A stretch of DNA of 58,104 nt from a virus (lineage: Duplodnaviria; Caudoviricetes). The notes beneath the pieces are model-generated. The model did no database searches and had not been told where the DNA came from. It saw only the letters and a list, made by a program, of their open reading frames with translations. The position numbers were made by a program, and so were the translations under genes. Shown in pieces: positions 9,538 through 18,237 of the stretch. Every line of letters starts with the position of its first letter. Positions within the stretch are counted from its first letter, which is position 1. Location: positions 1 to 58,104 of the IMG/VR virus record IMGVR_UViG_3300045993_000204; one strand, 5' to 3'.

Positions 9538-10345
9538 AGTTAAGTACTCCAAAGTGTTGGTAATTGTTTAGCTTTAAGTCGCTTGGCATAAAGTTGTCTA
9601 TTGTGCACGCCCGCAAGCTATACGTCGGCAGCTTGTGCATAAGCCTTACGCGATGCTCTTCAAATGTGTCTATGTGGTTTTGGTAAACATGTGAATCGCC
9701 CATCATAAAGATAAGCTTGCCAGGGGTGTAGCCTGCCTCAGAACAAAGGATTAGCATCAGTACTGCGTAAAGAATAATGTCACTTGGCAACCCGAGACAA
9801 AGGTCTACGGACCGCATAGTAACAATACAGTCCAAGTGCTTATCATTACGCACATTGAACTGGGCAAGCAAGTGACAAGGTGGCAGGCACATTTCGTCAA
9901 GCTCTGCAGGATTGTAGGTAGCCAGCAAATGTCTACGGCTACTTGGATTAGTCCGGAGTCCTTGAACTAGATCAGCCATCTGGTCCAAGCAACTTTCCCA
10001 AGTGCGCCACTGTGCACCATAGACTCGCCCAACGTACTGCTTTTCAACTGGCACGTCTTTATTAGGGGCCCAGGCCGCAGCGTTGGCGTCCCAGTAGTTA
10101 CAGCCAAAATCTTTGAATGTTTTAAGGTCTGTTGCTCCCCGCAAGAACGCAGCTTCTTCCCCAAGGATGCCACCTGTAAAGATCTTCCGCTGGGTGAGAA
10201 TGGGAAAGCGCCCTTTTTCTAGGCAGTCAATTACTAGCATTGTGCCAAAGAGACTGACTGTAGGCCCTGCGCGGCTGGCACGCACTTCCCCAGTAGCGAG
10301 TACTCTGGACACAAGTGCTACGTAGTCTTTCTCAAACTTGCTCAT
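9521..10345 (-). CDS. thyA: Thymidylate synthase-family enzyme with Asp at the Asn177-equivalent position (possible dCMP methylase)
   Basis: GRVYGAQWR, SSRR, LPPCH, RSVDLCLGLPSD, GDSHVY motifs. Confidence 0.9.
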   Translation of the reverse strand: MSKFEKDYVALVSRVLATGEVRASRAGPTVSLFGTMLVIDCLEKGRFPILTQRKIFTGGILGEEAAFLRGATDLKTFKDFGCNYWDANAAAWAPNKDVPVEKQYVGRVYGAQWRTWESCLDQMADLVQGLRTNPSSRRHLLATYNPAELDEMCLPPCHLLAQFNVRNDKHLDCIVTMRSVDLCLGLPSDIILYAVLMLILCSEAGYTPGKLIFMMGDSHVYQNHIDTFEEHRVRLMHKLPTYSLRACTIDNFMPSDLKLNNYQHFGVLNYAFNT

Positions 10346-10632
10346 AGGTCCCCGCGCTGCTGGTCAAGATAGTCCAGGTAGAACACAGCGTAGTTCACAA
10401 GATCATACACGCTGTCCAGCATGCTATCAAAATTTGGGGTCGAACCTTTGTCGAGCAAAGACCGCATACGCAGCACTTTCATGTGAAGCATTTGCTGGTA
10501 ACTAATATCTCTGAATGGGAAATACTCGTGAAGCCCGATCGTGTTGTTATAGTCTTGCCCTTTGCGGTCTATAAGCTTGATTGCAGGCTCAATTAGACTT
10601 AGAAACTTTTGTCTATCCATTTGATTCTCCAT
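10342..10632 (-). CDS. Nucleotide-modification-associated (Nmad1/DUF1599-like) all-alpha protein
   Basis: KGQDYN...KVLR...DSVYDLVNY pattern; ATGA-coupled to the thyA-like gene. Confidence 0.6.
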   Translation of the reverse strand: MENQMDRQKFLSLIEPAIKLIDRKGQDYNNTIGLHEYFPFRDISYQQMLHMKVLRMRSLLDKGSTPNFDSMLDSVYDLVNYAVFYLDYLDQQRGDL

Positions 10633-10634
10633 GT

Positions 10635-10664
10635 GACGAGGGGCACAATTAAGTGCCCCTCTGG
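10635..10664. terminator. Hairpin after the 10682-11125 gene (weak terminator or processing site)
   Basis: gaggggcac-aattaa-gtgcccctc inverted repeat; no U-tract. Confidence 0.4.
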
Positions 10665-10681
10665 TTTAACAACAAAGCGCT

Positions 10682-11125
10682 TTAGGCAGCGACTTCTTCT
10701 TCTTCTGCGATTTCTTCTGTGGCTTCCGCCGTAGCCACGACAGTCTTCAGTTTTGCCCGGTAGTAGGCCACGCAGTTCCGTGTGGTTTTGGCTGTAGGGA
10801 AAGCTACAGCGACAAGCTCCAGGATTTCGTCGTTGGTCTTGCCTTCAGTAATCAGGCCCTTGCAGAAAGCGCCGATGCCTTGAGTCGGGCCACGCTTACC
10901 AGCTGTATTGTACTTGGGACCTGAGTTAGCACCATCGTCAGCAGGAATAATTTCGCGGTTAGGATCAAGCTCTTCTTCAGCTTGCTCGTCTGTAGGTGCT
11001 TGCAGTTGTGCAAGAGCAGCTTGCGCGGCTTTCAAGTTTTTGAACGAGTCAACAGGATCTTTGCCTTGCTCAATTGCAAGTGCGTTGTAGGTTTCGATGA
11101 TTTCTGACATTGTTTGTTTGGCCAT
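10682..11125 (-). CDS. Acidic protein with a C-terminal HTH-like domain, paralog of 24064-24522
   Basis: GIGAFCKGLITEGKTNDEIL...KTTRNCVAYY matches GVGARILELIAEG.LSNKEIV...KTTYACVAWY. Confidence 0.7.
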   Translation of the reverse strand: MAKQTMSEIIETYNALAIEQGKDPVDSFKNLKAAQAALAQLQAPTDEQAEEELDPNREIIPADDGANSGPKYNTAGKRGPTQGIGAFCKGLITEGKTNDEILELVAVAFPTAKTTRNCVAYYRAKLKTVVATAEATEEIAEEEEVAA

Positions 11126-11164
11126 GTGGCATTCTCCGGGTTGTGCAGCAAAACCATTTTGCTG

Positions 11165-11204
11165 TTAAGTAATTATACCGCAAAGCTGCAGTAATTACAA
11201 TAAA
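11165..11204 (-). promoter_or_regulatory. Sigma70-like promoter
   Basis: Minus strand TTGTAA-N17-TATAAT, followed by a cagcaaaa/ttttgctg hairpin. Confidence 0.7.
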
Positions 11205-11209
11205 CTTCT

Positions 11210-12775
11210 CTATTGTGTGGCAAATAATTTGAGCGCAGCAAATACACTTTCTTGGGTTGCGGTCTTATCACTTAGGACCTTAACTAGGACTTCGTCAATA
11301 GTTCCTTGGGCTACAAGTAAGTAGTTCCTAACAACAGATTTCTGGCCTTGCCTATAGATGCGCGCAACTAGCTGCATGTAGTTTTCTAGGTTGTAGGTAA
11401 GGCTAAACCAGCACATTGCACTACCCCCATCCTGGAGGTTAATGCCATGCGCGCCTGCTTGGGGTTGAATAAGCAAGATAGGCGCAGCACCTGCATTCCA
11501 GGCAGCTACCACACTTTGAGTTTCTTTAGTGCTCATGCCCCCACGAATTGCTAGTGCATCTGGGAATACGCCTAGCAAGCGCTCACACTCGTGGTTGTAC
11601 TCATACGCAACAATTAAGGGCTCACCGTTCAGCTCTTCTACCAACTCTTGCAATGCCATAATCTTGTCATTATGTAGCACTTCCCAGCTACGGTCTTCTA
11701 CGTACAAAGCACCACCTGCAAACTGCCTAAGCTTGCTAGTAAGCACGCCAGCATTAGCTGCTGTAATTGTGGTATCCTTAAGCTTGAGAATGTACTCATC
11801 TTGTAGAAGCTTGTACCTAGAAAGGTCTTTGAGCTTGACAGGACGCACAACATCAAATAACCCTGGTAGTACAAGGTGGTCTTTTGGATCCATGTACATA
11901 GCAAGGTCTTTGAGCGTGTCTGTCAACGCAGTAGACTTCTCAGGCGTGATGTAGTATTTGTATTGGTCCCAAGGTTCTTGAAAAAAGTACTTAGCACGGA
12001 AATGCGTAATGTACCTCCCCAAGCGCATACCGCAGTCTAACACAAAAACTTGCCCAAACAAGTCTATAAGCCCATTAGCAGTAGGGCTAGCAGTTAAGCC
12101 CCACTTGAACTTGAAGGTCGGGAGCAGCGGTTTCAAGACTTTGAACCGCTTAGACGATGCATGCTTTAGCTTGGTTAGCTCATCAGCAACAAGTACATCA
12201 AACTTATGGCCTTTGGCAAGAATAGGCGTAGCCCAAGCAAGCCCGTCGTAGTTCATAACTACAATATCGTAGCTAGGATCTTTGAGTACCTGCTGCTTAT
12301 CTGGTCCATGCGCAAGACCCACTTTCAAGCCTTGAAACTGGGCCCACTTTTTTGGCTCCGAGATCCACGTCGTCACACAGACGGTGAGTGGCGCTAAAAT
12401 AAGGATGCGCTTGGCAAGCCCTTCTTGCTGCAACTTCAAAATTGCTGCAAGCGTGATGCTTGTTTTCCCCATACCAGGTGCTAAGAAGAGCGCCCCACTT
12501 ATACGGTGCGTAAGCCATTCTATCCCCCGCTCTTGGTATCCATGCGGCTTCCATGTAGGGCTAGCAAACCCGTCAAGAACTGCTTGAACTGCTCTTTGCT
12601 TGTCACCATCACACTGGTGAAGTTCATCTTCTGCAGCTCCGATTGCGTGTACTCCTGTAGGGGCCGAAGAGATTCCCCCGACCGCTTCAGCTCCACAAAT
12701 GCTACTGTCCCATACGGGGTCAATAGCATTCTGTCTGGGAATCCCCGTACTGCTCTGATCTTGACTAGTTTGCAT
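11210..12775 (-). CDS. SNF2-family helicase (start uncertain)
   Basis: WKPHGYQ, GMGKT, DELT, LTASP, HGINLQ, ARIYRQGQ motifs. Confidence 0.9.
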   Translation of the reverse strand: MQTSQDQSSTGIPRQNAIDPVWDSSICGAEAVGGISSAPTGVHAIGAAEDELHQCDGDKQRAVQAVLDGFASPTWKPHGYQERGIEWLTHRISGALFLAPGMGKTSITLAAILKLQQEGLAKRILILAPLTVCVTTWISEPKKWAQFQGLKVGLAHGPDKQQVLKDPSYDIVVMNYDGLAWATPILAKGHKFDVLVADELTKLKHASSKRFKVLKPLLPTFKFKWGLTASPTANGLIDLFGQVFVLDCGMRLGRYITHFRAKYFFQEPWDQYKYYITPEKSTALTDTLKDLAMYMDPKDHLVLPGLFDVVRPVKLKDLSRYKLLQDEYILKLKDTTITAANAGVLTSKLRQFAGGALYVEDRSWEVLHNDKIMALQELVEELNGEPLIVAYEYNHECERLLGVFPDALAIRGGMSTKETQSVVAAWNAGAAPILLIQPQAGAHGINLQDGGSAMCWFSLTYNLENYMQLVARIYRQGQKSVVRNYLLVAQGTIDEVLVKVLSDKTATQESVFAALKLFATQ

Positions 12776-12840
12776 TTAAGGTCATGGGCGACTAGCACGC
12801 ATGCTCGTTCAATTGTTGATTCTAACTGTTTTGGTTCCAT
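12520..12840 (-). CDS. VRR-NUC domain nuclease
   Basis: LESTIE...GFPDRMLL...FVELKR...LRPLQ; ATG 12840 follows the upstream stop. Confidence 0.85.
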   Translation of the reverse strand: MEPKQLESTIERACVLVAHDLKCKLVKIRAVRGFPDRMLLTPYGTVAFVELKRSGESLRPLQEYTQSELQKMNFTSVMVTSKEQFKQFLTGLLALHGSRMDTKSGG

Positions 12841-12841
12841 G

Positions 12842-13495
12842 CTAGTACTTGCACTTTCCGCCTTTAGTTTTGGAATACGGGCACCACCGACAGCTTTGAC
12901 CTGGTGTTGGATTCCAAAGTTCCTCAGCAAAGATTGGCGCAAAATACTGCTCGTATACTTTACGCAGGGCTAGAAGTTCCTCACGAGTGTACGTCTTACT
13001 ATACGTTTGGTCTTGGTCTATAAACCACATTTCAACTGTGGTACTTACAGCTTCAGGATAAACTGCACCGCCACATACTGCATACATTTCAACCTGCTCA
13101 GTACTTGGTACCTTATACTTGCCAGTTTTCCAATCAATAACAGTAAGCTTCCCGTCTTTGAGGTAATGCCCATCAGACTTAGCACGTAGCCAGCAGTCTT
13201 TGCCAAACCAATCTGGTAGCTTTGCCCAGTTTTTATCAAAGCCCCATGCTTGCTCAGCCTTGAAGTCTTCAAGCTTAAGCGCATCAAAAGCTTCTTTCCA
13301 GTTAACAGCTTCTGGCGGTGGTTCAGCTTGCCACCCATTCATGTACGCTTCAATACCTTCATGAATTCGGCTACCCCGTTCCATCGCGCTGGATCCAGGT
13401 TGTGGAATTTTGTCTATAAACTGGTAGGCAAATTTAGCAGGGCACTCACGGTAGCAATCAAGCTTGCTAAAACCTACTGCGTCATTGAATTTCAT
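12842..13495 (-). CDS. PD-(D/E)XK (Cas4/RecB-like) exonuclease
   Basis: S.LDCYRECP, RGSRIH, D...IDWKTGK, Q..MY, C..CPY...C. Confidence 0.85.
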   Translation of the reverse strand: MKFNDAVGFSKLDCYRECPAKFAYQFIDKIPQPGSSAMERGSRIHEGIEAYMNGWQAEPPPEAVNWKEAFDALKLEDFKAEQAWGFDKNWAKLPDWFGKDCWLRAKSDGHYLKDGKLTVIDWKTGKYKVPSTEQVEMYAVCGGAVYPEAVSTTVEMWFIDQDQTYSKTYTREELLALRKVYEQYFAPIFAEELWNPTPGQSCRWCPYSKTKGGKCKY

Positions 13496-13889
13496 ACTGT
13501 GCTCCTTTACGTGAATTTTCAGATCGTGTTAAAAACTGTAAGTTATTTTCAACGTGTAAACCGCTAACAAGTTTGCCTTGCAGCGGAGTTATATGATCTA
13601 CGGTTAACCCAAGCGTACTTGCTTGGGTATAAATAGCCTTGATTTTAGCCACATCGGCCCATAGTGGTACACGTTGAACTTTAAGCAAGTCTCTGCGCAC
13701 AGATTTTGCTACAGCCTTGCCCGGGTTGTTCTTGTACCAAGCTAGCGAAAGCTTATTGACCTTTTCACGTTCGCCGGGGATAGCTAGACGCTTAGCCCGG
13801 CTGCGCTGTCCTATGAACCTACTCATCAGCCGACTCTCTTCTTGGTGCTGCTCAAATGGCGTTAACTTGTCAAACGCTACTAAGATCAT
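13482..13889 (-). CDS. HNH homing endonuclease
   Basis: VDHITPLQGKLVSGLHVENNLQFLTRSENSRK. Confidence 0.85.
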   Translation of the reverse strand: MILVAFDKLTPFEQHQEESRLMSRFIGQRSRAKRLAIPGEREKVNKLSLAWYKNNPGKAVAKSVRRDLLKVQRVPLWADVAKIKAIYTQASTLGLTVDHITPLQGKLVSGLHVENNLQFLTRSENSRKGAQYEIQ

Positions 13890-15660
13890 AGCCAGTACTC
13901 CCTGTAGAAATAACCTTGAATAAAAGCGTGCTTTGAAAGCTGCTATTCATTGCCTGCTCAAGCATACATTGCTCAGTTTCAAGATGCACTTTATCAACTT
14001 GAATAACTAACTCGTCATGAATTGTAAGCACTAGCTCACCGTAACTTGTTTTTAGGCAGTACGCAAGCATGGCTTCTTTTGTCATATCTGCTGCAGAACC
14101 CTGTATGAGATAGTTGGTAAGCTTGTACTCGAAGCTCTTCCAAACCCCTTTCACAACTGCTGGTTTTTGTGCGTAGTAGTTTCGACCGCCAAGCGTCGTA
14201 ATAAAACTGCGGTTCTTACCTGCATCTTGCACACGTTTTGTGAGTTCCCTAATCTCAGGTAGCGCTTTAAGGTACTGCTCCTTAACTCGCGTAGCCTCAA
14301 CTACTGTCATGTGAAGACTCTCAGCTATCTTCCCAACGCCGGCCCCATATAGTACCGCAAAGCCAAGTGTCTTGGCTTCTTTCCGTGTGATTCCTGCGAT
14401 TTTGGCTGCGATCTGATGTATATCAGCTACAGGATCTACCTCGAGTTCTTTGAGCAGTTTGCCGGGGGCGAAGTGCGTAAGCAGTCGAAGCTCTTGTGCA
14501 GAGTAGTCTCGATCGATAAAGACTTTGCCCTCATCAGGGATGATGTACTTACGTACCTGTGGTAAAGGAAACGGAAGCGCGTACCCAATTTTATCAAGTT
14601 GCGCGCGCAACCCTTCCCATAAAACGGGGATGTTCTGAAGGTTAGGCGAGCAACTGATCCGGCCCGTCCTAGCACCTGTATCAGAATAATTCCGCACGAG
14701 ATTCCATTTCACGAACAAACGGCCATGCTTCTTGTATTGCTCTAGCCAGTTCGTCATGAACGTCCGAAGACACGTAGCCACGCTCCCACGCACCAACAAA
14801 TGGCCAAGCAAAGTAGGATTATTGATAGCATTTATAAGACTTTCTTTGGCTGTGCTGCGTTGACCTGTTGGGGTAGTGGCAAACCCTTTCGACATGCCCG
14901 CTGCCTCAATAGCATCTGCAAGCTGCGCGTTACTGTCTACGTCGACCTCAGTGCCAAGGATCTCACAGATAGCTGTGTCAAGATCGTCAAGGCATTGGAA
15001 GTAGTAGTCTGTGTCTTTCTTGAGTGCTTCCCCATCAAGGTTTAGACCTCGCTGCTCCATCTTAAGGACATGGGGCATCAAAGCAATCTCACGTTTGTAA
15101 GCACCCTCCATGCCCGTAGCTACTACGTACTCATGCAATAACTTGAACAGCTGCAAGGTACGCACTACGTCGCCTATAGCATAAGGCCCCACGAGTGTGC
15201 CTGGAGCTTTGCAGATGAAGGCGCCCCAACCTTTAACATCGCGGCAAACACTATGCGTGATAAGCCAGTCTTTGACAGCATCGCGCTCGTCAGGGGGCAT
15301 TTGTAACCACTGTGCCGCGAGAGGCTTCAGGGCCAGCTCCCCGAAAGGATCTTGGAGGAAGGCAAGGATCATGGTGTCATGTATGCGATCCCATGGAACT
15401 GATATGCCCCATTGCTCCGCTATAATGGCGCAATCGAAGGGCGCATTATGTGCTATAAACTCATAATCGAAGTCATCAAACAGCTCTTGGAGCTTTCGCT
15501 TGGCCGTAGCCTCTGTGCAGTTGTTGCCGATAGTGTGCCCAAAGGCGTAATACGTAGGTTCTTGACCATCAATATAGATTGCAAGTCCCACGGGTTTGGG
15601 GGGATACTTTGGTCGATCCTCGATACCCTCGGACTCGAAGTCAAATGCTGCATACTTCAT
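13870..15660 (-). CDS. polA: Family A DNA polymerase with a 3'-5' exonuclease domain
   Basis: FDFE, HNAPFD, YAIGD exonuclease motifs; DYSAQELR, KTLGFAVLYG and HDE polymerase motifs. Confidence 0.93.
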   Translation of the reverse strand: MKYAAFDFESEGIEDRPKYPPKPVGLAIYIDGQEPTYYAFGHTIGNNCTEATAKRKLQELFDDFDYEFIAHNAPFDCAIIAEQWGISVPWDRIHDTMILAFLQDPFGELALKPLAAQWLQMPPDERDAVKDWLITHSVCRDVKGWGAFICKAPGTLVGPYAIGDVVRTLQLFKLLHEYVVATGMEGAYKREIALMPHVLKMEQRGLNLDGEALKKDTDYYFQCLDDLDTAICEILGTEVDVDSNAQLADAIEAAGMSKGFATTPTGQRSTAKESLINAINNPTLLGHLLVRGSVATCLRTFMTNWLEQYKKHGRLFVKWNLVRNYSDTGARTGRISCSPNLQNIPVLWEGLRAQLDKIGYALPFPLPQVRKYIIPDEGKVFIDRDYSAQELRLLTHFAPGKLLKELEVDPVADIHQIAAKIAGITRKEAKTLGFAVLYGAGVGKIAESLHMTVVEATRVKEQYLKALPEIRELTKRVQDAGKNRSFITTLGGRNYYAQKPAVVKGVWKSFEYKLTNYLIQGSAADMTKEAMLAYCLKTSYGELVLTIHDELVIQVDKVHLETEQCMLEQAMNSSFQSTLLFKVISTGSTGYDLSSV

Positions 15661-15673
15661 ACATGCTTTCAAG

Positions 15674-15706
15674 AATAAAAAGGCCCAGGGCTTTTATACC
15701 TAGGGC
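15674..15706 (-). terminator. Intrinsic terminator-like hairpin just upstream of the polymerase gene
   Basis: Minus strand gccctagg-tataaaag-ccctgggc followed by ctttttatt. Confidence 0.5.
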
Positions 15707-15752
15707 TAAACCCGTGCTGGCAAACTGCTAAGCTATGCACGGGAAGGGAGGC

Positions 15753-16258
15753 TCACGCAGGTACCCAAGTATTAGACTTGGCCGAATTTGCTTGCGCAGT
15801 AATAACTTGCAAATTATTATGCACGTGTAGCCCCGATACAAATTTTCCGCGTAACGGAATTATATGGTCCACTACAACATTTTCGCCTAAGCTGCGCCGG
15901 TAAGCCGCTTCCGCATACACCGCATTAATTTGCTGTGTATTCCTCCATGAAGGTGCTCTTTGAAGTTCAGCGCACCAACGTTCCATTGCGTAAGCTACTG
16001 TTTTTCCAGGATGCGCCAAATGCCATGCTTTTGTAAGTTCACGTTGGCGCGTGGGGTTTGCAGTTCGCCAAGCAGTACCATGCAATTTAATACGTTCTGG
16101 ATTTGCTTGGCGATACTGAGCTATCCGAGCTTTGTGCAGCTCAGTATTTTCTGCGTAGTGCTTTGCTTTAGCTGCCAATGCGCGCTCTTTGTTAGCCGCG
16201 TACCATTTTTTGCAGTCGCTAGCCTTCGCAAACGGTCTTCTTCAAGCGTTTTAGTCAT
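15753..16258 (-). pseudogene. HNH endonuclease that needs a -1 frameshift at an A6 run (16206-16211)
   Basis: ATG 16258 reads MTKTLEEDRLRRLATAK; the -1 frame continues KWYAANKE...VDHIIPLRGKFVSGLHV. Confidence 0.65.
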
Positions 16259-16973
16259 GGCTCAGTGCAGGGTACGGTGTCATAGCTAGCTCGTACGCCT
16301 TATTTTGGACGCTAAGTAATACAGCCATGTCCATATCCGCAGTAACCTCAACTGGTGTAAGATGTACCTTGAAGAACGTTTTGCGATCTTCAACAACGCT
16401 GAGCTTAGTCACGAACTCGCCCATGAGCTTGTTTGCTTGCCCGCAGCGGCTTGCGAAACTTGTCACCGTTGACAGGCTTGTGACAGGAACTTTGGCAGTG
16501 TACATCTGTGCAGATGCAAGAGGCACGTTTGCAGGGATGACAATCACACGAGCAGACTCCCGGCAGGCCTTGCCTTTGCCGCGTAAAGCGCTACCCCATT
16601 TGTTGTGGGGGCATTCAGCACAAGTGGCTGCTTGCGCATTGCTTGCCTGGTCATGCGGTGTGTCGTCGTCCAGGGCATAACAATCTGGCACTTGAATAGC
16701 ATCAGCATCAAACTCCTTAGAGTACCAGGCACGCTCGCTGATAGTAGCGAGTACACGCACATCCAGCTGGTTTGTAGGGATGGCGATTCCGTCGACTTTG
16801 AGCTGCGCGTTCTTGAAGCCGATGTAGCTTCCAGATGAGCGCAAGCTTTGAGCTGCCTCGTTTTGGCGTGTCAATTGCTGAGCAATTTGCTCTTGAATCG
16901 ACATCACGGCCGTGGTCTTGGGAACTTCGGGCACAGCTGGTGCTTGAACTTCAGATTCTTTTTTCGTTGCCAT
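16251..16973 (-). CDS. Putative ssDNA-binding/recombination protein
   Basis: PDCY...CAECPHNKWGS...GKACRE motif; located next to the polymerase. Confidence 0.6.
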   Translation of the reverse strand: MATKKESEVQAPAVPEVPKTTAVMSIQEQIAQQLTRQNEAAQSLRSSGSYIGFKNAQLKVDGIAIPTNQLDVRVLATISERAWYSKEFDADAIQVPDCYALDDDTPHDQASNAQAATCAECPHNKWGSALRGKGKACRESARVIVIPANVPLASAQMYTAKVPVTSLSTVTSFASRCGQANKLMGEFVTKLSVVEDRKTFFKVHLTPVEVTADMDMAVLLSVQNKAYELAMTPYPALSHD

Positions 16974-16975
16974 AA

Positions 16976-17362
16976 TTAACTCCGTTTTGACTTAGTTAGT
17001 GAAATGTCGGTATCGACAGCTGCCTCGGTTCCCGGCACGAGGATGCCATCTTTGTACAAGTCGCGCCAAGCTACAACGCCAATGCGTTTTTGTAGCAAGT
17101 CGAACCTGTCATTAGCTTTTATATATGCGTAGACTTTGTCCCAATCTTCTAAATAGGGGACATCATCAGTAGTAATTGATGCCGTTGCAGTCATCCCAGA
17201 TGCTTTAGCAAGACCGGTCTCATTGAGCAACTTGAGCACTGCGCCCTTAGCTACTACTTCTGCGGCTTTGAGGATCTTGACTTCTGCATCCTTGGCAAGA
17301 CGCGCAGCACGAGCTTCGTATAGGGCATCAATCGCTTGCCCGAGCGTCGTTGTTTCAGACAT
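16976..17362 (-). CDS. Conserved replication-module protein
   Basis: DWDKVYAYI...FDLLQKR...VPG pattern. Confidence 0.6.
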   Translation of the reverse strand: MSETTTLGQAIDALYEARAARLAKDAEVKILKAAEVVAKGAVLKLLNETGLAKASGMTATASITTDDVPYLEDWDKVYAYIKANDRFDLLQKRIGVVAWRDLYKDGILVPGTEAAVDTDISLTKSKRS

Positions 17363-17528
17363 TTTTTGAAACAATAAGAAGGTCTTGTACAGGTGCAACG
17401 TAACTGACAGTTACTTCGTCTATGTAGCGCTCAAAGTCAACAGTGTTAACTTTTGCTTGAGGAAACTCGTGAAGAACATGCTGGAGCACAATGTCCAGGA
17501 TTTCTTCTTTGGAGAAGACTAATTTCAT
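17355..17528 (-). CDS. Hypothetical protein
   Basis: gaaag before ATG 17528; promoter-like TATAAT upstream. Confidence 0.55.
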   Translation of the reverse strand: MKLVFSKEEILDIVLQHVLHEFPQAKVNTVDFERYIDEVTVSYVAPVQDLLIVSKNV

Positions 17529-17582
17529 AGGATCTTTCAAGTTACGCAGCAAGTAAGTTTGCTGCTGAATGTATTATACTAC

Positions 17583-18038
17583 TTAAAATGCCCAAGGTGG
17601 CACACTATTTGCCCCACTTGTGGCAACTTTACTCCAGCGGTACCAAGTAGGTTTCATGGCAATTTTCTCAGCAATGCGACTACGAATGATTGCCAAGGCT
17701 TCAGGCGTAGGGGTGTAATCCTGGTTTAGAATATCCAAGGCATGCCACACGCGGTCGGGGTCAAGCGGCGAATGGATGTCGAAGTCAATGTCTCGTTTGA
17801 GTAGCTCCCGCTGTAGCTGGTTGTAACGCTTGCGAAGGTAGAAACCTTTGTCATAGAAGAACATGACATGACCCGTATTGAGCGTGAAGGCAGGCGGTAT
17901 AGCTTTGAGCACGCCTGCGAGACCTCGCGCTTTGAGGCTACGGCTTAGTGCTTTGGGGACCATCTTGATTTCGCGAAACTCAGCAAACAAATGCTGGTCG
18001 GCAAGCTCAGATGGTGGGACGAGGTTAATACGTGTCAT
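17583..18038 (-). CDS. denV: Pyrimidine-dimer DNA glycosylase (T4 endonuclease V-like)
   Basis: MTRINLV...LADQHLFAEFRE, FTLNTGHVMFFYDK, KPTWYR. Confidence 0.9.
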   Translation of the reverse strand: MTRINLVPPSELADQHLFAEFREIKMVPKALSRSLKARGLAGVLKAIPPAFTLNTGHVMFFYDKGFYLRKRYNQLQRELLKRDIDFDIHSPLDPDRVWHALDILNQDYTPTPEALAIIRSRIAEKIAMKPTWYRWSKVATSGANSVPPWAF

Positions 18039-18069
18039 AGGTTCTTTCAGTAGTGCAACTTGTATTATA

Positions 18070-18237
18070 CTACAAACTTGCATGTACAGGTAAACAAATG
18101 CGCGCTTCTTTGCCATTTGCCGAAAGGACTACGAACTGGCGCTCGAGGGTCATAGTTGCCAAGTCTTTCTCACCCTAACTGAGCTTTAAGAACATAAGTG
18201 CGTTCTTGAACTCTAGGTAGAACTCGTCTGCGTCCAT
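18070..18237 (-). pseudogene. Small gene with an internal TAG at codon 21
   Basis: MDADEFYLEFKNALMFLKLS*GEKDL...; TAATG-coupled with ggagg upstream. Confidence 0.45.

Noticed and set aside
13482-16258. Group I intron around the polymerase-flanking HNH genes
   Set aside because: The polymerase has all exonuclease and A/B/C motifs in one ORF, and the HNH genes abut or overlap their neighbours with little or no room for a ribozyme core
18070-18237. Amber stop-codon reassignment
   Set aside because: Many intact genes end in TAG (terS, exonuclease, primase, MazG), long ORFs are unbroken in code 11, and no suppressor tRNA is seen
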